A DNA stretch of 37,095 nt from a virus (taxonomy: Duplodnaviria; Caudoviricetes): IMG/VR virus record IMGVR_UViG_3300049139_000387, positions 1 to 37,095 of that record; one strand, written 5' to 3'. How positions within the stretch are numbered: the first letter of the stretch is position 1; each line of letters begins with the position of its first letter. Below, one piece after another: positions 9,333 through 19,080 of this stretch. A program made the position numbers and the translations under genes. The notes beneath the pieces are model-generated. The model was not told where the DNA came from, did not search any database, and worked only from the letters and a program-made list of their open reading frames with translations.

Positions 9333-9959
9333 TCAGGCCGCCTTCGCAGCGCGACGCGTGCGCGTGTCCGGCGCGGCGAGGGTCTGACCGCTCACAGGCG
9401 GTTCGGTCTCGGCGGGAGGCGCGAAGCGGGCGTCCACGGAGTCGAACACCCACGGAGGAACACCGGCCTGCCCGAGCACACCGACCGTGACGCCCAGCAG
9501 CGCGGCTTCGTCGCGCCGGAAAGTGATGTCCTCGTTCTCGTTCACGGTGGCGCGCGGGAACCAGAGCTGACCGGCGAAGTCGCCGTCATACCAGCGCATG
9601 AGCACGCAGTACTCGGCTTCGTGGCCGGGCTCGGGCGGGACGAAGGAGAACCCGGTCTCGGCATCGCCGGACCAGGTCCCTCCGGCGAACGCGAACTGCA
9701 CGGACTCGCGGCTCCAGGTCGCCATGGCGAACGCCATGGTGTTCTCGACCTCGGTGGTCAGCCGACGTGCGGGATAGAAGGACTGCCAGACGGGGATCGT
9801 GGTGGTGTCGCGGCTGTTGCCGAACGTGACACCTTCCTCGCTGATCAATCCGAGCTTGGTCAGGGTGTCGGGGACGGGCGCGGTCACGACGGGCTTGGTG
9901 GTGCCGGTCGGACCGAACCACACGTCTCCGTTCGCCCCGACGATGGGCTGATCGGACAT
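9333..9959 (-). CDS. Major tail protein
   Basis: G..G.V.FGP.GT..P, LGLISEEGV, I.VWQS motifs; position. Confidence 0.9.
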   Translation of the reverse strand: MSDQPIVGANGDVWFGPTGTTKPVVTAPVPDTLTKLGLISEEGVTFGNSRDTTTIPVWQSFYPARRLTTEVENTMAFAMATWSRESVQFAFAGGTWSGDAETGFSFVPPEPGHEAEYCVLMRWYDGDFAGQLWFPRATVNENEDITFRRDEAALLGVTVGVLGQAGVPPWVFDSVDARFAPPAETEPPVSGQTLAAPDTRTRRAAKAA

Positions 9960-9995
9960 GGGGTGGCTCCCAAGGAATGGGCGCCACCGAGCGCG

Positions 9996-10397
9996 CTACG
10001 GGTGCGCGGTGACTCTCACCGACAGGCGGGCACGATGCAGTGCCGGAGTGAAGTCGGGGTCTAGCTCGGTGGCGAAATTCGTGACGGACGAATCGGTCAC
10101 GACGCCACCTGGACGCCTGCCGGGAAGGCGCTCCACGAGCGCCCGGACGCAGCACCTGGCCACGTCGGAGACCTGGAGCTGTCGCACAGCCCAGGCGTCG
10201 ATTTGCAAGTCGGCGCGGTCCAGCCACACCAGTCCGGGGATGCGGGTGTCGGGGCGTCCGCCCCACCGCACCACCCGCAGGAGAGGGAACTCCTTGTCCT
10301 TGGGCAGGACGGTGTACACGCGGTCGCCGATCAGCGACGACAGCTCGGGGTCGGTGCGCAGGGCGTCAGCCACCAGGCGCAGCACGTCCGCGCCCAT
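9996..10397 (-). CDS. Tail terminator/completion protein
   Basis: RVYTVLP...FP, LQIDAWA motifs; ATG coupled to the upstream stop. Confidence 0.8.
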   Translation of the reverse strand: MGADVLRLVADALRTDPELSSLIGDRVYTVLPKDKEFPLLRVVRWGGRPDTRIPGLVWLDRADLQIDAWAVRQLQVSDVARCCVRALVERLPGRRPGGVVTDSSVTNFATELDPDFTPALHRARLSVRVTAHP

Positions 10398-10720
10398 CAG
10401 GGTTCTTCCAGGCGCAGCCCGACCGACTGTGCCGCTCTGGACACGGGACGGGTGGGTTCGGTGTTGATGGACCCGAACTCCCACAGATGAGCGAGCGCCC
10501 ACCGACTTCCGACGTGGACGGCGACGGTCGGGCCGATCACGCGCGGACGGGTCTGCGTGATGCCCCTGCGGAACCCTCGGGTGCGCGCGCGTCCGGGGAG
10601 TTCGGAGGCTCGCGCGGCGAGCGCCACCCGGCGGGCGATCAAGGACAGCTCTGGTCCCAGTAACGAGACGTTGCGGCTCAGCGCGTTGATGGCCGCCTGG
10701 TCGAGGTCAATGCGCGCCAT
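10397..10720 (-). CDS. Neck protein (HK97 gp10-like)
   Basis: AHLWEFGS motif; position; coupled start. Confidence 0.75.
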   Translation of the reverse strand: MARIDLDQAAINALSRNVSLLGPELSLIARRVALAARASELPGRARTRGFRRGITQTRPRVIGPTVAVHVGSRWALAHLWEFGSINTEPTRPVSRAAQSVGLRLEEP

Positions 10721-11046
10721 CAGCTCGCCTCTTCCAGAGAGGCTTCGACGTGGGTGGGCTGACCGGTGAACAGGTCCATGGGCACCAGCGGGTCCACGAT
10801 GACCGTCCAGGTTCGGCCGCCCCACTCCACGCGGTCACCGCGATGGAGAACGACCTCAGGTCCGGCCAGCAGACGCCACCGCGCGCGACCGATGTTGTCG
10901 GCGTCGTTGGCGCTGGCCTCCTCCGCCGACAGGTACACGTCGGCCTCGGAGACCGCCCAGTCGTGGACCTCGTCGCCGTAGGCGTCGCGTCCGGTCACCA
11001 CCTGGTGGCGCAGGAGCACGCGGTGCGGCTTCATCAGCGGTATCAC
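10720..11046 (-). CDS. Head-to-tail stopper
   Basis: DAYGD, DRVEWGGRTW.V, H.EA.L motifs. Confidence 0.8.
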   Translation of the reverse strand: MIPLMKPHRVLLRHQVVTGRDAYGDEVHDWAVSEADVYLSAEEASANDADNIGRARWRLLAGPEVVLHRGDRVEWGGRTWTVIVDPLVPMDLFTGQPTHVEASLEEAS

Positions 11047-11468
11047 GCGGGGTCACCTCCGCTGGTGTCCAGAGGGCGAAGAGGGTGCCGGTCGCCCGCG
11101 TAGGGGCGCCGCGACGGGGTTCGCACGCTGTAGGCCGATGCCTTGCCGTAGGCCGCGCGTAGCGCGGTCACGTCGGCGTCGGCCAGGACAGGTCCCGCGC
11201 CACCGTGTCCGGCCATCGCACCGGCCTGGAACGACACCACTCCCGCGCGGTAGTTGGCCACGCCAGCGGGGTTGTACACGCAGCGCGCCACGCACGCGGC
11301 GAGCACGGCGTGCGCTCCCGGCTCCAGGTCGGTGGGGTCGATCTCGGGCACGTACCTCGCCGCGTGGGCGAGGGCGTCACTGATCCACGCCTGCACCTGG
11401 GCCTCCAGGGCTCCGGTGAGGACGCGGCCCGTGCGGGTGGCGATGTCGTCCACGGTCAGCGCGGGCAC
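11043..11468 (-). CDS. Head-to-tail adaptor
   Basis: TVDDI..R.GR.L, I.DA, VAR...NPAG motifs; follows capsid. Confidence 0.8.
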   Translation of the reverse strand: MPALTVDDIATRTGRVLTGALEAQVQAWISDALAHAARYVPEIDPTDLEPGAHAVLAACVARCVYNPAGVANYRAGVVSFQAGAMAGHGGAGPVLADADVTALRAAYGKASAYSVRTPSRRPYAGDRHPLRPLDTSGGDPA

Positions 11469-11470
11469 GG

Positions 11471-12430
11471 TTACGCGGCCTTCTTGCGCGCGGTGCGGCC
11501 GGACGCCGAGGACGCGGCCAGGGTCTGGGTCTCCGGAGCGGGCACGGTCGGAGCGATGCGCAGACCCAGGTGAAGGGTGTCGGTGGTGGGGTTGGCCGCG
11601 TGGTTGATCAGGTCCAGCCCGATCAGCGAATCGAACGAAATGATCTGCTGCTTGGTGCGCAGTTCGTAGCCGCGAACCGTGCGAATCGCGTAGCCCTCGT
11701 AGGACTGGCCGGACGCCGAAGCGCCCGAAGGCGGGTTCGACAGCGCGCGGGAGGCGAGCGCCACGGCCTCACGGTGGAAGGCGTATCCGACGTCGGCGGT
11801 GGGCACGCGGCTGTACTCGTAGATGTCGAAGCCCATCAGCCGGCCGAGCGACGCTTCGCGCAGGGCCTGGCCTCCGTTGCCGGAAGCGTCCGCGCGGCGG
11901 ACGATGTCGTGGTCCAGCAGGCGCTTCGCTGCTTCGGGAGAAAGCACCAGGGTTCGACCGGACAGCGGAGCACCCAGGCGGTTCATGCGCATACGGGCTT
12001 CGCTGAGCGTCCGGAGAACGTCGCTGTCGTCCCAGGACAGGTCGGTGGGCAGGGTGTCCAGGGTGTTGATGACCAGACGGTCCATGGCGTCGGCCATCGC
12101 GGTCATGGACGGCGTGATGACCTGTTCGTTCAGGTCGCGCAGGTCCAGCAGAACCGTCTCGTCGGCCAGTACCACCGAGATGTCGTAGATGTCATCCAGG
12201 CTCAGCGTGATGCCGTGCTCGGTGATGTCCTGGGGCTCGATGCCCACGGAGCGGTCGAACTTCTTGGGCACGAAGGTGGGCGGACGGCGAATGGTGATGC
12301 TGTCGCCGGTTCCGCCTCCGTACTCGGTCTCTGCCTGGCGCCAGACGAGCGACGCCATGATGGTGCGGTTGCGCAGCGCGGACAGCGCCGCACGGGCGAT
12401 GGTCGTGGGGTTGAGAAAGCTGTGTGCCAC
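11471..12430 (-). CDS. Major capsid protein (HK97 fold, P22 coat-like family)
   Basis: GDSITIRRP, R.LVLSP, ALREASLGRLMGFDIYE, AFHREAVALASRAL; GAGGAG RBS. Confidence 0.92.
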   Translation of the reverse strand: MAHSFLNPTTIARAALSALRNRTIMASLVWRQAETEYGGGTGDSITIRRPPTFVPKKFDRSVGIEPQDITEHGITLSLDDIYDISVVLADETVLLDLRDLNEQVITPSMTAMADAMDRLVINTLDTLPTDLSWDDSDVLRTLSEARMRMNRLGAPLSGRTLVLSPEAAKRLLDHDIVRRADASGNGGQALREASLGRLMGFDIYEYSRVPTADVGYAFHREAVALASRALSNPPSGASASGQSYEGYAIRTVRGYELRTKQQIISFDSLIGLDLINHAANPTTDTLHLGLRIAPTVPAPETQTLAASSASGRTARKKAA

Positions 12431-12575
12431 GGCGCGGCACTCCTCGTCGGATCACAGGGTCAGCGGATGTCTCCGCGCGCACCTGGCGTCGCGATGGAAG
12501 TGCCGCACCGGGCGGCTCACTCAGATATTAAGCAAAGCTGAACGCTTACATCAAAAAGGTTCAGCGGAACTATTT

Positions 12576-13154
12576 CTACTGGGCGAAGAGTTCCTTGTCG
12601 AAGTCCTCGACCGAGAAGGCGTCGTACTTCTTGGCGGACTCGCCCGCCACACCGATCCCGGCCTCATGCGGGGTCGGCACGGACTCGCCCTTGACCAGAT
12701 AGGGCTTCTTCTCCGCCACGGTGCGCAGAGCCGACCGGATGGACTCGCGGTCCACCGTGCCGTCCTCGGCGGTCTCCACGTCGCCCAGCTCCACCAGGCG
12801 CACGGCGTCGTCCACGTCGTGGAACTTCAGCTCGGCCGCGACGCTGCGCGCCTCGGCTCGCACGAGCAGGCCCCGGTACTTCTCGGCGGTGGCCTGCTCG
12901 GCTTCGGCCCGTGCGGTCGCCACGGCCTTCTCGGTTTCGGTGGCGGTGGCGGCCTCCAGCTCTGCCAGCTTCTCGGCCTGGGGCTCCAGCTCGCGCACAC
13001 GGGTCCGGTACCGGGCGGCGTCGCGCCGGATCTTCTCGACGTACTCACGCGAGAACTGGTCGGACTCGGAGCGCTCCGGAGCGGGCGCGGTGTCGTTGGC
13101 ATCAACGGTGCCGTTGGTGTCGGTGGTGGGGGCCTCGGCGGGGCTCTCGGACAC
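12576..13154 (-). CDS. Capsid scaffolding protein
   Basis: F.REYVEKIRRDAARYR, TETEKA, KPYL motifs; helical and charged; GTG start with RBS. Confidence 0.88.
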   Translation of the reverse strand: MSESPAEAPTTDTNGTVDANDTAPAPERSESDQFSREYVEKIRRDAARYRTRVRELEPQAEKLAELEAATATETEKAVATARAEAEQATAEKYRGLLVRAEARSVAAELKFHDVDDAVRLVELGDVETAEDGTVDRESIRSALRTVAEKKPYLVKGESVPTPHEAGIGVAGESAKKYDAFSVEDFDKELFAQ

Positions 13155-13164
13155 GGGGTTCCTC

Positions 13165-14178
13165 TCAGACTCGGGCGGCCTCGACGAGCCACCCGTTGCG
13201 GGCGAGTTCTTCACGCAGAAGATGGGGCTGGTGGGACCAGCGGGCACGAATCCAGCGCAGCGACCGGCCTCGGCCCTGCTGGTTGGCGTTGATCTCACCG
13301 GGCTCGATGCCAAGTCGTCGGGCGGTCGCCTGGTCGGCGCGGGTGATGCGTCGCGGTGGACTGTGGCGCCCCTGCACGATCGGCGAGACCCCGGCGCCGT
13401 TCTCGATGGCCTCGGCGCCCTCGGGGCCGAACACCGCCCGGCGTTCGTCAGGGCTCATCGCGGCGGCGAGGCCGTCAGGGGTGTGCTCGCTGGGCACGCC
13501 GCCGATCACGCCGTGACCGGGGACGTGGTAGGTCGGCACGTGGACGCACCCGGAGCACTTGGGATGGCGCTGGAACCCCTCGCTGTAGCGGTAGGTCCTC
13601 CCGGCGAGCACGATGCACAGGTCACACGCGGGCATTGTGACCAGCCGTTCGTATCCGGTGATCCGGTCGTCCAGGCACATGCCGGTGTTGATGGTCTCGC
13701 GTGCGGCGTCGGCGACTTCGGTCTGCACGACGGTGTCCAGCGTGGAACGGGCGCGCGTCCACGCCTGGTCGGGCGGCATTCCGCCCCAGATCAGTGAGCG
13801 CGCCTGCATCTCCGCTTTCGCCAGGACATCGGCGAGCGGCTTGCCGGTCTGGGACCGACCGACCACCGCGGACTCCACGTCCAGGATCGGAACGTCGCCG
13901 TCCTCGGGGACACCGCACGCATCGGCGTGCGCCTGGACGAAGGCGAGCGCCATCAGCGCGGCGTCGCGCTGAGCCTCGGCCAGTGCGGCAAGAGCGGCCT
14001 CGCTCAGCTGCGACCACTGGTCCGCGATGGAGGCGAACGGGTTGATGCTGTCCCACAGCAGCAGGACGAGCGCAGCGGCCTGGACCGCGACGGCGGTCTG
14101 TCCGGCCGCGTAGCGCTGGCTGAGCATGAGGGCCTGAGCGCCCCCCGTGCCGATGCGGCGGCGGTCCTCGGCGCGCAT
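13165..14178 (-). CDS. Capsid maturation / minor head protein (MuF-like)
   Basis: YER.V...AC..C..LAGR.Y....GFQRHP.C.C.HVP; between portal and scaffold; ATG coupled to the portal stop. Confidence 0.8.
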   Translation of the reverse strand: MRAEDRRRIGTGGAQALMLSQRYAAGQTAVAVQAAALVLLLWDSINPFASIADQWSQLSEAALAALAEAQRDAALMALAFVQAHADACGVPEDGDVPILDVESAVVGRSQTGKPLADVLAKAEMQARSLIWGGMPPDQAWTRARSTLDTVVQTEVADAARETINTGMCLDDRITGYERLVTMPACDLCIVLAGRTYRYSEGFQRHPKCSGCVHVPTYHVPGHGVIGGVPSEHTPDGLAAAMSPDERRAVFGPEGAEAIENGAGVSPIVQGRHSPPRRITRADQATARRLGIEPGEINANQQGRGRSLRWIRARWSHQPHLLREELARNGWLVEAARV

Positions 14179-15536
14179 CAGGCCGCGTCCGCCAGGGCGT
14201 CGTCGGCCGGGAGCCGTGTCAGGGTGAGCGCTCCTGCGGTCTGCGCGGCCACGGCGCGCTCGGTGGCGCCGGACTGCATCCGCTTCCACCGGTCGATGGT
14301 GGCCGGACTCGCGCCGTAGCGCTCCCACAGGGCCTCTTGGGGGATGCCGATCGGCGGAGAGCCCAGCTTCACGAGGGCGTCCACGAGCTGTCCTTCGGTG
14401 CGGGTCTCGGGATCGGCCCAGACGGGTTCGCACGGTGTCTGGACGGCGCCACCCGCGCGGGCGACCAGGTCCAGGACGCGGCTCCAGGCTTCGCCGAGCA
14501 CGAGCTGCTTGGCGCGGACCTTGGACACCAACCCGGCTTCCGCAGCCTTGATGGCGTCCCCGCTGAGGTTCACCATCTGCCCGAGCAGGTAGTGCGCGGG
14601 AACCTGGCTGATGGCGGAGAGCTGACGCACCAGCGCATCCAGGACCGCGACGTAGTTCGCCAGGTTCGATTCGCTGAACTCACCGAACGTGGTGTCCGAC
14701 GACTCGGCGACCCACAGCCGATCAACGCTGGAGTTGAACGGCTCGACGGGGTTGCCGTCGTCGTCCTCGGGGATGGCGAGCCCGGTCGCCCACCTCTGCC
14801 GGTAGGCCGAGTAGGTCATGGCGAGCTGCATGTGCAGGTTGGTCGCGTTGATCCTCTGCTGGATGGGCAGTAGGGGCGCGAGTTCGGACTGGTGCCGCCC
14901 GAGAAGGTCCGGGTCGTTGTCGAAGGACACGAACGGCACCGCGCCGAGCGGGTTGGGAAGCGCGTCGCGCAGGACCCACTGTCCGGCGCCGCTGTCGCGC
15001 TGGTAGCGCTGTACACGTGCGGCGTCGTAGAGATAGGCGTGCTCCAACACGCGGCCGTCAGGCAGTTCGGCCGCCCACTTCTTCACCGCCCACAGCGGCG
15101 AGAAGTCCTGAGCGTCACGCGCCACGTGCACACGCAGCGGCGACTCACCGCGTACGACCGGGGTCGCCGGATCGGCGGGGTTGGGCCACACCCCGATGAG
15201 CGCGGTGCCCAGTTTCAACGACTCGGTGTAGACGCGGCTCTGGACCGCCGCCATCCGGTTCGACTCCAGGATGCGCCACGCCTCCAGGTCGCCGCTGGCG
15301 TCGCCCCGGCCTCGGATACCGTCCAGGCGCAGGCGCTCAGCGATGGCATCTACCACCAGGCGCAGCCACGCGCTCGTCGCGGACTCGGCGAGCTGTCGGT
15401 ACTCCGCGCGTGCGTTGCGCGGCATGTACGGGGTGTCGTGGTCGCCCCGGTAGTACCGCGAGTACAGGTCCAGGTCCGCGCGCGCGGCCTCCAGGGCGTT
15501 GAGCCCCTTCTCCAGGCGTCGGTCGATGGTGGGCAT
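14178..15536 (-). CDS. Portal protein (SPP1 Gp6-like)
   Basis: YYRGDH, VVDAIAERL, NPLGAVPFV.F.N, QRWATG, NLSGDAIKAAEAGL. Confidence 0.93.
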   Translation of the reverse strand: MPTIDRRLEKGLNALEAARADLDLYSRYYRGDHDTPYMPRNARAEYRQLAESATSAWLRLVVDAIAERLRLDGIRGRGDASGDLEAWRILESNRMAAVQSRVYTESLKLGTALIGVWPNPADPATPVVRGESPLRVHVARDAQDFSPLWAVKKWAAELPDGRVLEHAYLYDAARVQRYQRDSGAGQWVLRDALPNPLGAVPFVSFDNDPDLLGRHQSELAPLLPIQQRINATNLHMQLAMTYSAYRQRWATGLAIPEDDDGNPVEPFNSSVDRLWVAESSDTTFGEFSESNLANYVAVLDALVRQLSAISQVPAHYLLGQMVNLSGDAIKAAEAGLVSKVRAKQLVLGEAWSRVLDLVARAGGAVQTPCEPVWADPETRTEGQLVDALVKLGSPPIGIPQEALWERYGASPATIDRWKRMQSGATERAVAAQTAGALTLTRLPADDALADAA

Positions 15537-15567
15537 GACACACCGCCCTCTCCATGGGTGAAGGGGT

Positions 15568-17226
15568 TCAGAAGCCGACGACGCGGCCGGGAGCCTTGGT
15601 CACGCGGGCGCGAGTGCGCCACGCGGCGACCGCCATCGCGGCGGTCAGAACGCCGTCGATGCGCTTGTTCGCCCCGCCTCGTCTGGGCTTGATGGGCTTG
15701 AGGAGTTCGGGGTCGTCGCGGGAGCGACGGACCTCCACGGTGTCGAAGCAGAACCTCGACACGGGGTTGTCGTGGTGGTGCAGGAGGCGGGTCTTGAGCA
15801 CCGCCATCAACTCGTTCATCCCAGGGCTCAGACCCGCGAAGGTCTGGGGAACCGGGATCAGCTCGACGCTGGGACCGAGCAGCGACGCCAGGTGTTGCAC
15901 GACCGGTTCACCGCTCCAGGGGTCGTAGTCGATCTCGGCGATGGAGAATCGGCCGGCGTCGGTGGAGATGTCGGCGTAGACCCGCTCGTAGTCGATGACG
16001 TCGCCCTCGGTGATGGTCAACCAGCCGTCGCGCACCCACGACTCGGCGGCGCCACCCGTGGTCGTGACGAGCTGGGGCAGTGCGGCCTCGGGCAGCCAGT
16101 AGCGCCACAGCGCGTCCGCGCCTCCTTCAGCCCGCGGAATGATGACCGACCACGCGGTGAGGTCGAGCTTCGCCGACAGGTCGAGTCCGGCGAACGCCTT
16201 GGGACGCCCGGTGATCGCGCGCCAGTCGGGGCGCGGCCACGGCTCCCCGGACGCCCGGTCGTAGACGTCCATGGGCATCCACCGCGACACCGAGGACACC
16301 CACTGGTTCAGCCGGAACTGACGGAACACCGACTCCTTGGCGGGGTCCTCGCGGGCCTCCATCGCTTCCTCTCGAAGCGTCTGCACGCTGAGGAAGTCGC
16401 CGAGTGCGGGGTTGGCGGACTTCCAGACCTCCTCGTCCCAGGGGTCGGCGTCCTGGTCGGCCTCAGCGATGTAGGCGAACCGGTGTGGAGCCCGCTTCGG
16501 GTTCTCCAGCACCCGCTTCGCCTCCAGGTACTCCTGGTAGCAGAAGCTGTCGCGGTCGGTTCCGGCCGTGGTGATCGCGACCATGAGCGGCTGTGTGCGG
16601 GTGCCCGCTCCGGTGCGCAGGGCGTTCCACAGGTCGCCATTGGGCGCGGTCAAGAGTTCGTCGTAGACGGCGCCGTGCGGGTTGTGGCCGAGGTTGCCAG
16701 CGGCGTCGGCCGGGATCACTTCGTAGTAGGACCCCGTCTGCTCGTCCACGATGCGGCGTGCGTGGTCCTTGACCACCAGACGCCGCGACAGCACCGGCGA
16801 GAGCCGGACCATCCTCGCCGCGACGTCGTAGACCTTGCGCGCCTGGTCCTTGTCGCGCGCGGCACCGTAGATCTCGGCGCCTTCTTCGCCGTCCGCGCAC
16901 AGCAGGTACAGACAGATGCCAGCGGCGATCTCGCTCTTGCCGCACTTGCGCGCCATGCTGATGTACGCGATGCGGTAGCGGCGCACATACTGCTTCGACT
17001 CGGCGTCCCACCGCACGGTGGAGAACAACGGGCGAAGCAGGTCATGCTCCTGCCAGTGGGCGAGGCGGAACGCCTGCCGAGCCCAACGCGCTTTCGTGTG
17101 CGTCAGTAGCTCAGTGAAGAATGCTACGACGTGGTCCCCACGAGCAGCGCACACGTGGTCTCCGCGAAGCGTGCACGCGGCGTCGTCCAGAACGAACCCG
17201 CATTCGGGCGGTCGGGAGGCGGACAT
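15568..17226 (-). CDS. terL: Terminase large subunit
   Basis: Walker A ARKCGKS, Walker B YDEL, ITTAG, nuclease GLDLS..DLTA, RIDG. Confidence 0.96.
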   Translation of the reverse strand: MSASRPPECGFVLDDAACTLRGDHVCAARGDHVVAFFTELLTHTKARWARQAFRLAHWQEHDLLRPLFSTVRWDAESKQYVRRYRIAYISMARKCGKSEIAAGICLYLLCADGEEGAEIYGAARDKDQARKVYDVAARMVRLSPVLSRRLVVKDHARRIVDEQTGSYYEVIPADAAGNLGHNPHGAVYDELLTAPNGDLWNALRTGAGTRTQPLMVAITTAGTDRDSFCYQEYLEAKRVLENPKRAPHRFAYIAEADQDADPWDEEVWKSANPALGDFLSVQTLREEAMEAREDPAKESVFRQFRLNQWVSSVSRWMPMDVYDRASGEPWPRPDWRAITGRPKAFAGLDLSAKLDLTAWSVIIPRAEGGADALWRYWLPEAALPQLVTTTGGAAESWVRDGWLTITEGDVIDYERVYADISTDAGRFSIAEIDYDPWSGEPVVQHLASLLGPSVELIPVPQTFAGLSPGMNELMAVLKTRLLHHHDNPVSRFCFDTVEVRRSRDDPELLKPIKPRRGGANKRIDGVLTAAMAVAAWRTRARVTKAPGRVVGF

Positions 17227-17327
17227 ACAGAAATGCCTCCAATGACATGATCATCGGATGTCCATGACCCAGGGTTCGCCTTGCGCAAATCGCCACGGGA
17301 AGGCGTCCATTCATCTAGAGTTCCTGT

Positions 17328-17714
17328 GTGCGAGAACCAACCCGAGGAGAGGCAGCGGCAATCGTGGGCGTCGCCTGCATGGCTCAGGCCACTGCTGCGA
17401 TGGCCGGGTTCAACGCCGCTCCCACACCTTGGCAAGTGGCCATGGTCATCACCACGACCCTCTTCGCAGGCGCGGCAGCCACCCTCGCCCTCAGGAGTCC
17501 AAAAAATCCAGTAGCCGCACTCTCTATAAAAAAACCCTCACTGGTTAGAGTTCGTGCATTAATTGAGAAGCTGACTCCTTCCCACTGGATGAGCTTGGGC
17601 TTGCTTGCCCAAAAAATGAATCAAAAGAGCAATTTAGCTCAATTGCGCTTCAAAAAAAGACTGAATGCTTCCTGTTGTATAAAAGGGGCCTCTGCGAAGG
17701 TTCGTAGGGCCTAG
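17328..17714 (+). CDS. Opposite-strand AT-rich moron, putative membrane protein
   Basis: 128 codons stay open through an AT-rich stretch; hydrophobic N-half, Lys-rich C-half; stop shares CTAG with the terS stop; alternative GTG start at 17364 after GAGGAGAGG. Confidence 0.5.
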   Translation: MREPTRGEAAAIVGVACMAQATAAMAGFNAAPTPWQVAMVITTTLFAGAAATLALRSPKNPVAALSIKKPSLVRVRALIEKLTPSHWMSLGLLAQKMNQKSNLAQLRFKKRLNASCCIKGASAKVRRA

Positions 17715-18163
17715 CTGAGCAGGCGGGAGGCGTAGTTCTCGGCGACGCGTTGTGTGGTGAGGCTGACCCGTGCGGCCGGAGACAGGCCGAACTCTCGTCC
17801 GAAGGCGAGCATGGTGCGCGCGGACTCGCGCTGGATACGGACAGCGGGGTTGGTGCGCAGGTCGCCGTCGCGGTCGGTGATGAGCGGCCCCGCCTTCTGC
17901 ACGAGCACCGACGCCTGAGCGTGTAGGCGCACCGCTTGCACATAGGCGTGAAGCTGGTGGGTGTCGGGGCGCTGGGCGAGGCCCATCGCGTCCAGCTCAC
18001 CCACGACGAAGTCCCAGATCGCCCGTGCGGCCTCGTCCAGTTCGGGCGGGGGCTCGGGCAGACCGGGAGCGGGTTGGGGCTCGTTGCGGTTGATGCGTCC
18101 CGCGCGCTCCCCGTGGAGGACACGCAGCTTCGTCGGCTTGGGCGCGGGACCTCGCTTGCCCAC
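17711..18163 (-). CDS. terS: Terminase small subunit, P27 family
   Basis: MGKRGPAPKPT.LR.L.G, EPQP, PP.L...A...W, NPAV, EFGLSPAAR. Confidence 0.93.
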   Translation of the reverse strand: MGKRGPAPKPTKLRVLHGERAGRINRNEPQPAPGLPEPPPELDEAARAIWDFVVGELDAMGLAQRPDTHQLHAYVQAVRLHAQASVLVQKAGPLITDRDGDLRTNPAVRIQRESARTMLAFGREFGLSPAARVSLTTQRVAENYASRLLS

Positions 18164-18174
18164 GACACCTCACC

Positions 18175-19080
18175 TCACTTCGTGCGGACTCGGGTCGTGC
18201 GTCGTTCGGCGGCGGCGACGGCCTTGGCGCGTTCGTCCTCGGCGGTGCCGCAGGCGGTCATCTGGGCGCGGTAGTAGGCCACGACCGAGATGCGCTCGGA
18301 TTCGCAGCAGGCGAGCATCGCGTCGTTGACGGCGCCGTGCGGACAGGTCATGGCGGTGTTGCCGTGCCACTGGTGGGCGTCCATGAGAATCAGGTCCCCG
18401 TCCCCCAGATCGACGCCCACCTGATACTCGGGGAACACCAGGCGTCCCCCGCTGTAGCTCCCTCGGCGCACCACGGCCAGCGTCGAGAATCCCTCGGCGA
18501 GGTCCCCGGAGTCCAGGTGCGCCCCGGTCGGGTAGGAGTTGTTCACGGTCACGGTGGTGAACACGGTGCCTTGGACCACCCAGTCCGGCGCGGTGTCGGC
18601 CACCCGTGCGGCCTGTGCGGCGTACCGGTCGGGCACGTGCTCGGCGAACGCGGCGCTCATCGCTCGCAGGAGTGGGGAGAGCTGGCGGAAGTGGGGCAGA
18701 TGCTCACCCGTCCACGCGGTGAGTCGGCAGTAGCGCTGCTGCCCCGAGGGGTCCATGGCGCCGACCACCGCCGAGGAGATAGCGCGTGCGCGGGTGCGGG
18801 TCTGTCCGGCGATCTTGAGTCGCTTGGTGCCCGAAGCCGCGCCCCTGTTGTCGGTGCGCTGTGTGCGCAGGCTGTGCAACACGTCGTAGATGCCGGGGTC
18901 GGAGTCCAGGATCTCGCGCAGGTGTCCGGGCAGGTACACGCACAGAGGACGACCGTCCGGCATGAGCACCCGTGTCGCTCCGGTGAGCAGAACACCATAG
19001 GAGGCATCAGTCGGTAGGCGTCCCTCGTGCGCGGCGACGGTCTCGGGGTGTGCGCGGGTGCGTACCCGCATCTCGATCAC
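18175..19080 (-). CDS. TET/JBP-family 2-oxoglutarate/Fe(II) dioxygenase (DNA base hydroxylase)
   Basis: CRLTAW, FTTVTVN, HxD (AHLDSGD), GG.LVFPEY, distal His (HQWHGNT), RISVVAYYR; GTG start coupled (GTGA) to the kinase stop. Confidence 0.88.
   Translation of the reverse strand: MIEMRVRTRAHPETVAAHEGRLPTDASYGVLLTGATRVLMPDGRPLCVYLPGHLREILDSDPGIYDVLHSLRTQRTDNRGAASGTKRLKIAGQTRTRARAISSAVVGAMDPSGQQRYCRLTAWTGEHLPHFRQLSPLLRAMSAAFAEHVPDRYAAQAARVADTAPDWVVQGTVFTTVTVNNSYPTGAHLDSGDLAEGFSTLAVVRRGSYSGGRLVFPEYQVGVDLGDGDLILMDAHQWHGNTAMTCPHGAVNDAMLACCESERISVVAYYRAQMTACGTAEDERAKAVAAAERRTTRVRTK

Noticed and set aside
235-17245. Many long + strand ORFs opposite the structural genes (e.g. 3975-5303, 6560-7807, 15772-17109)
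   Set aside because: Antisense shadows typical of high-GC coding DNA; no motifs or RBS
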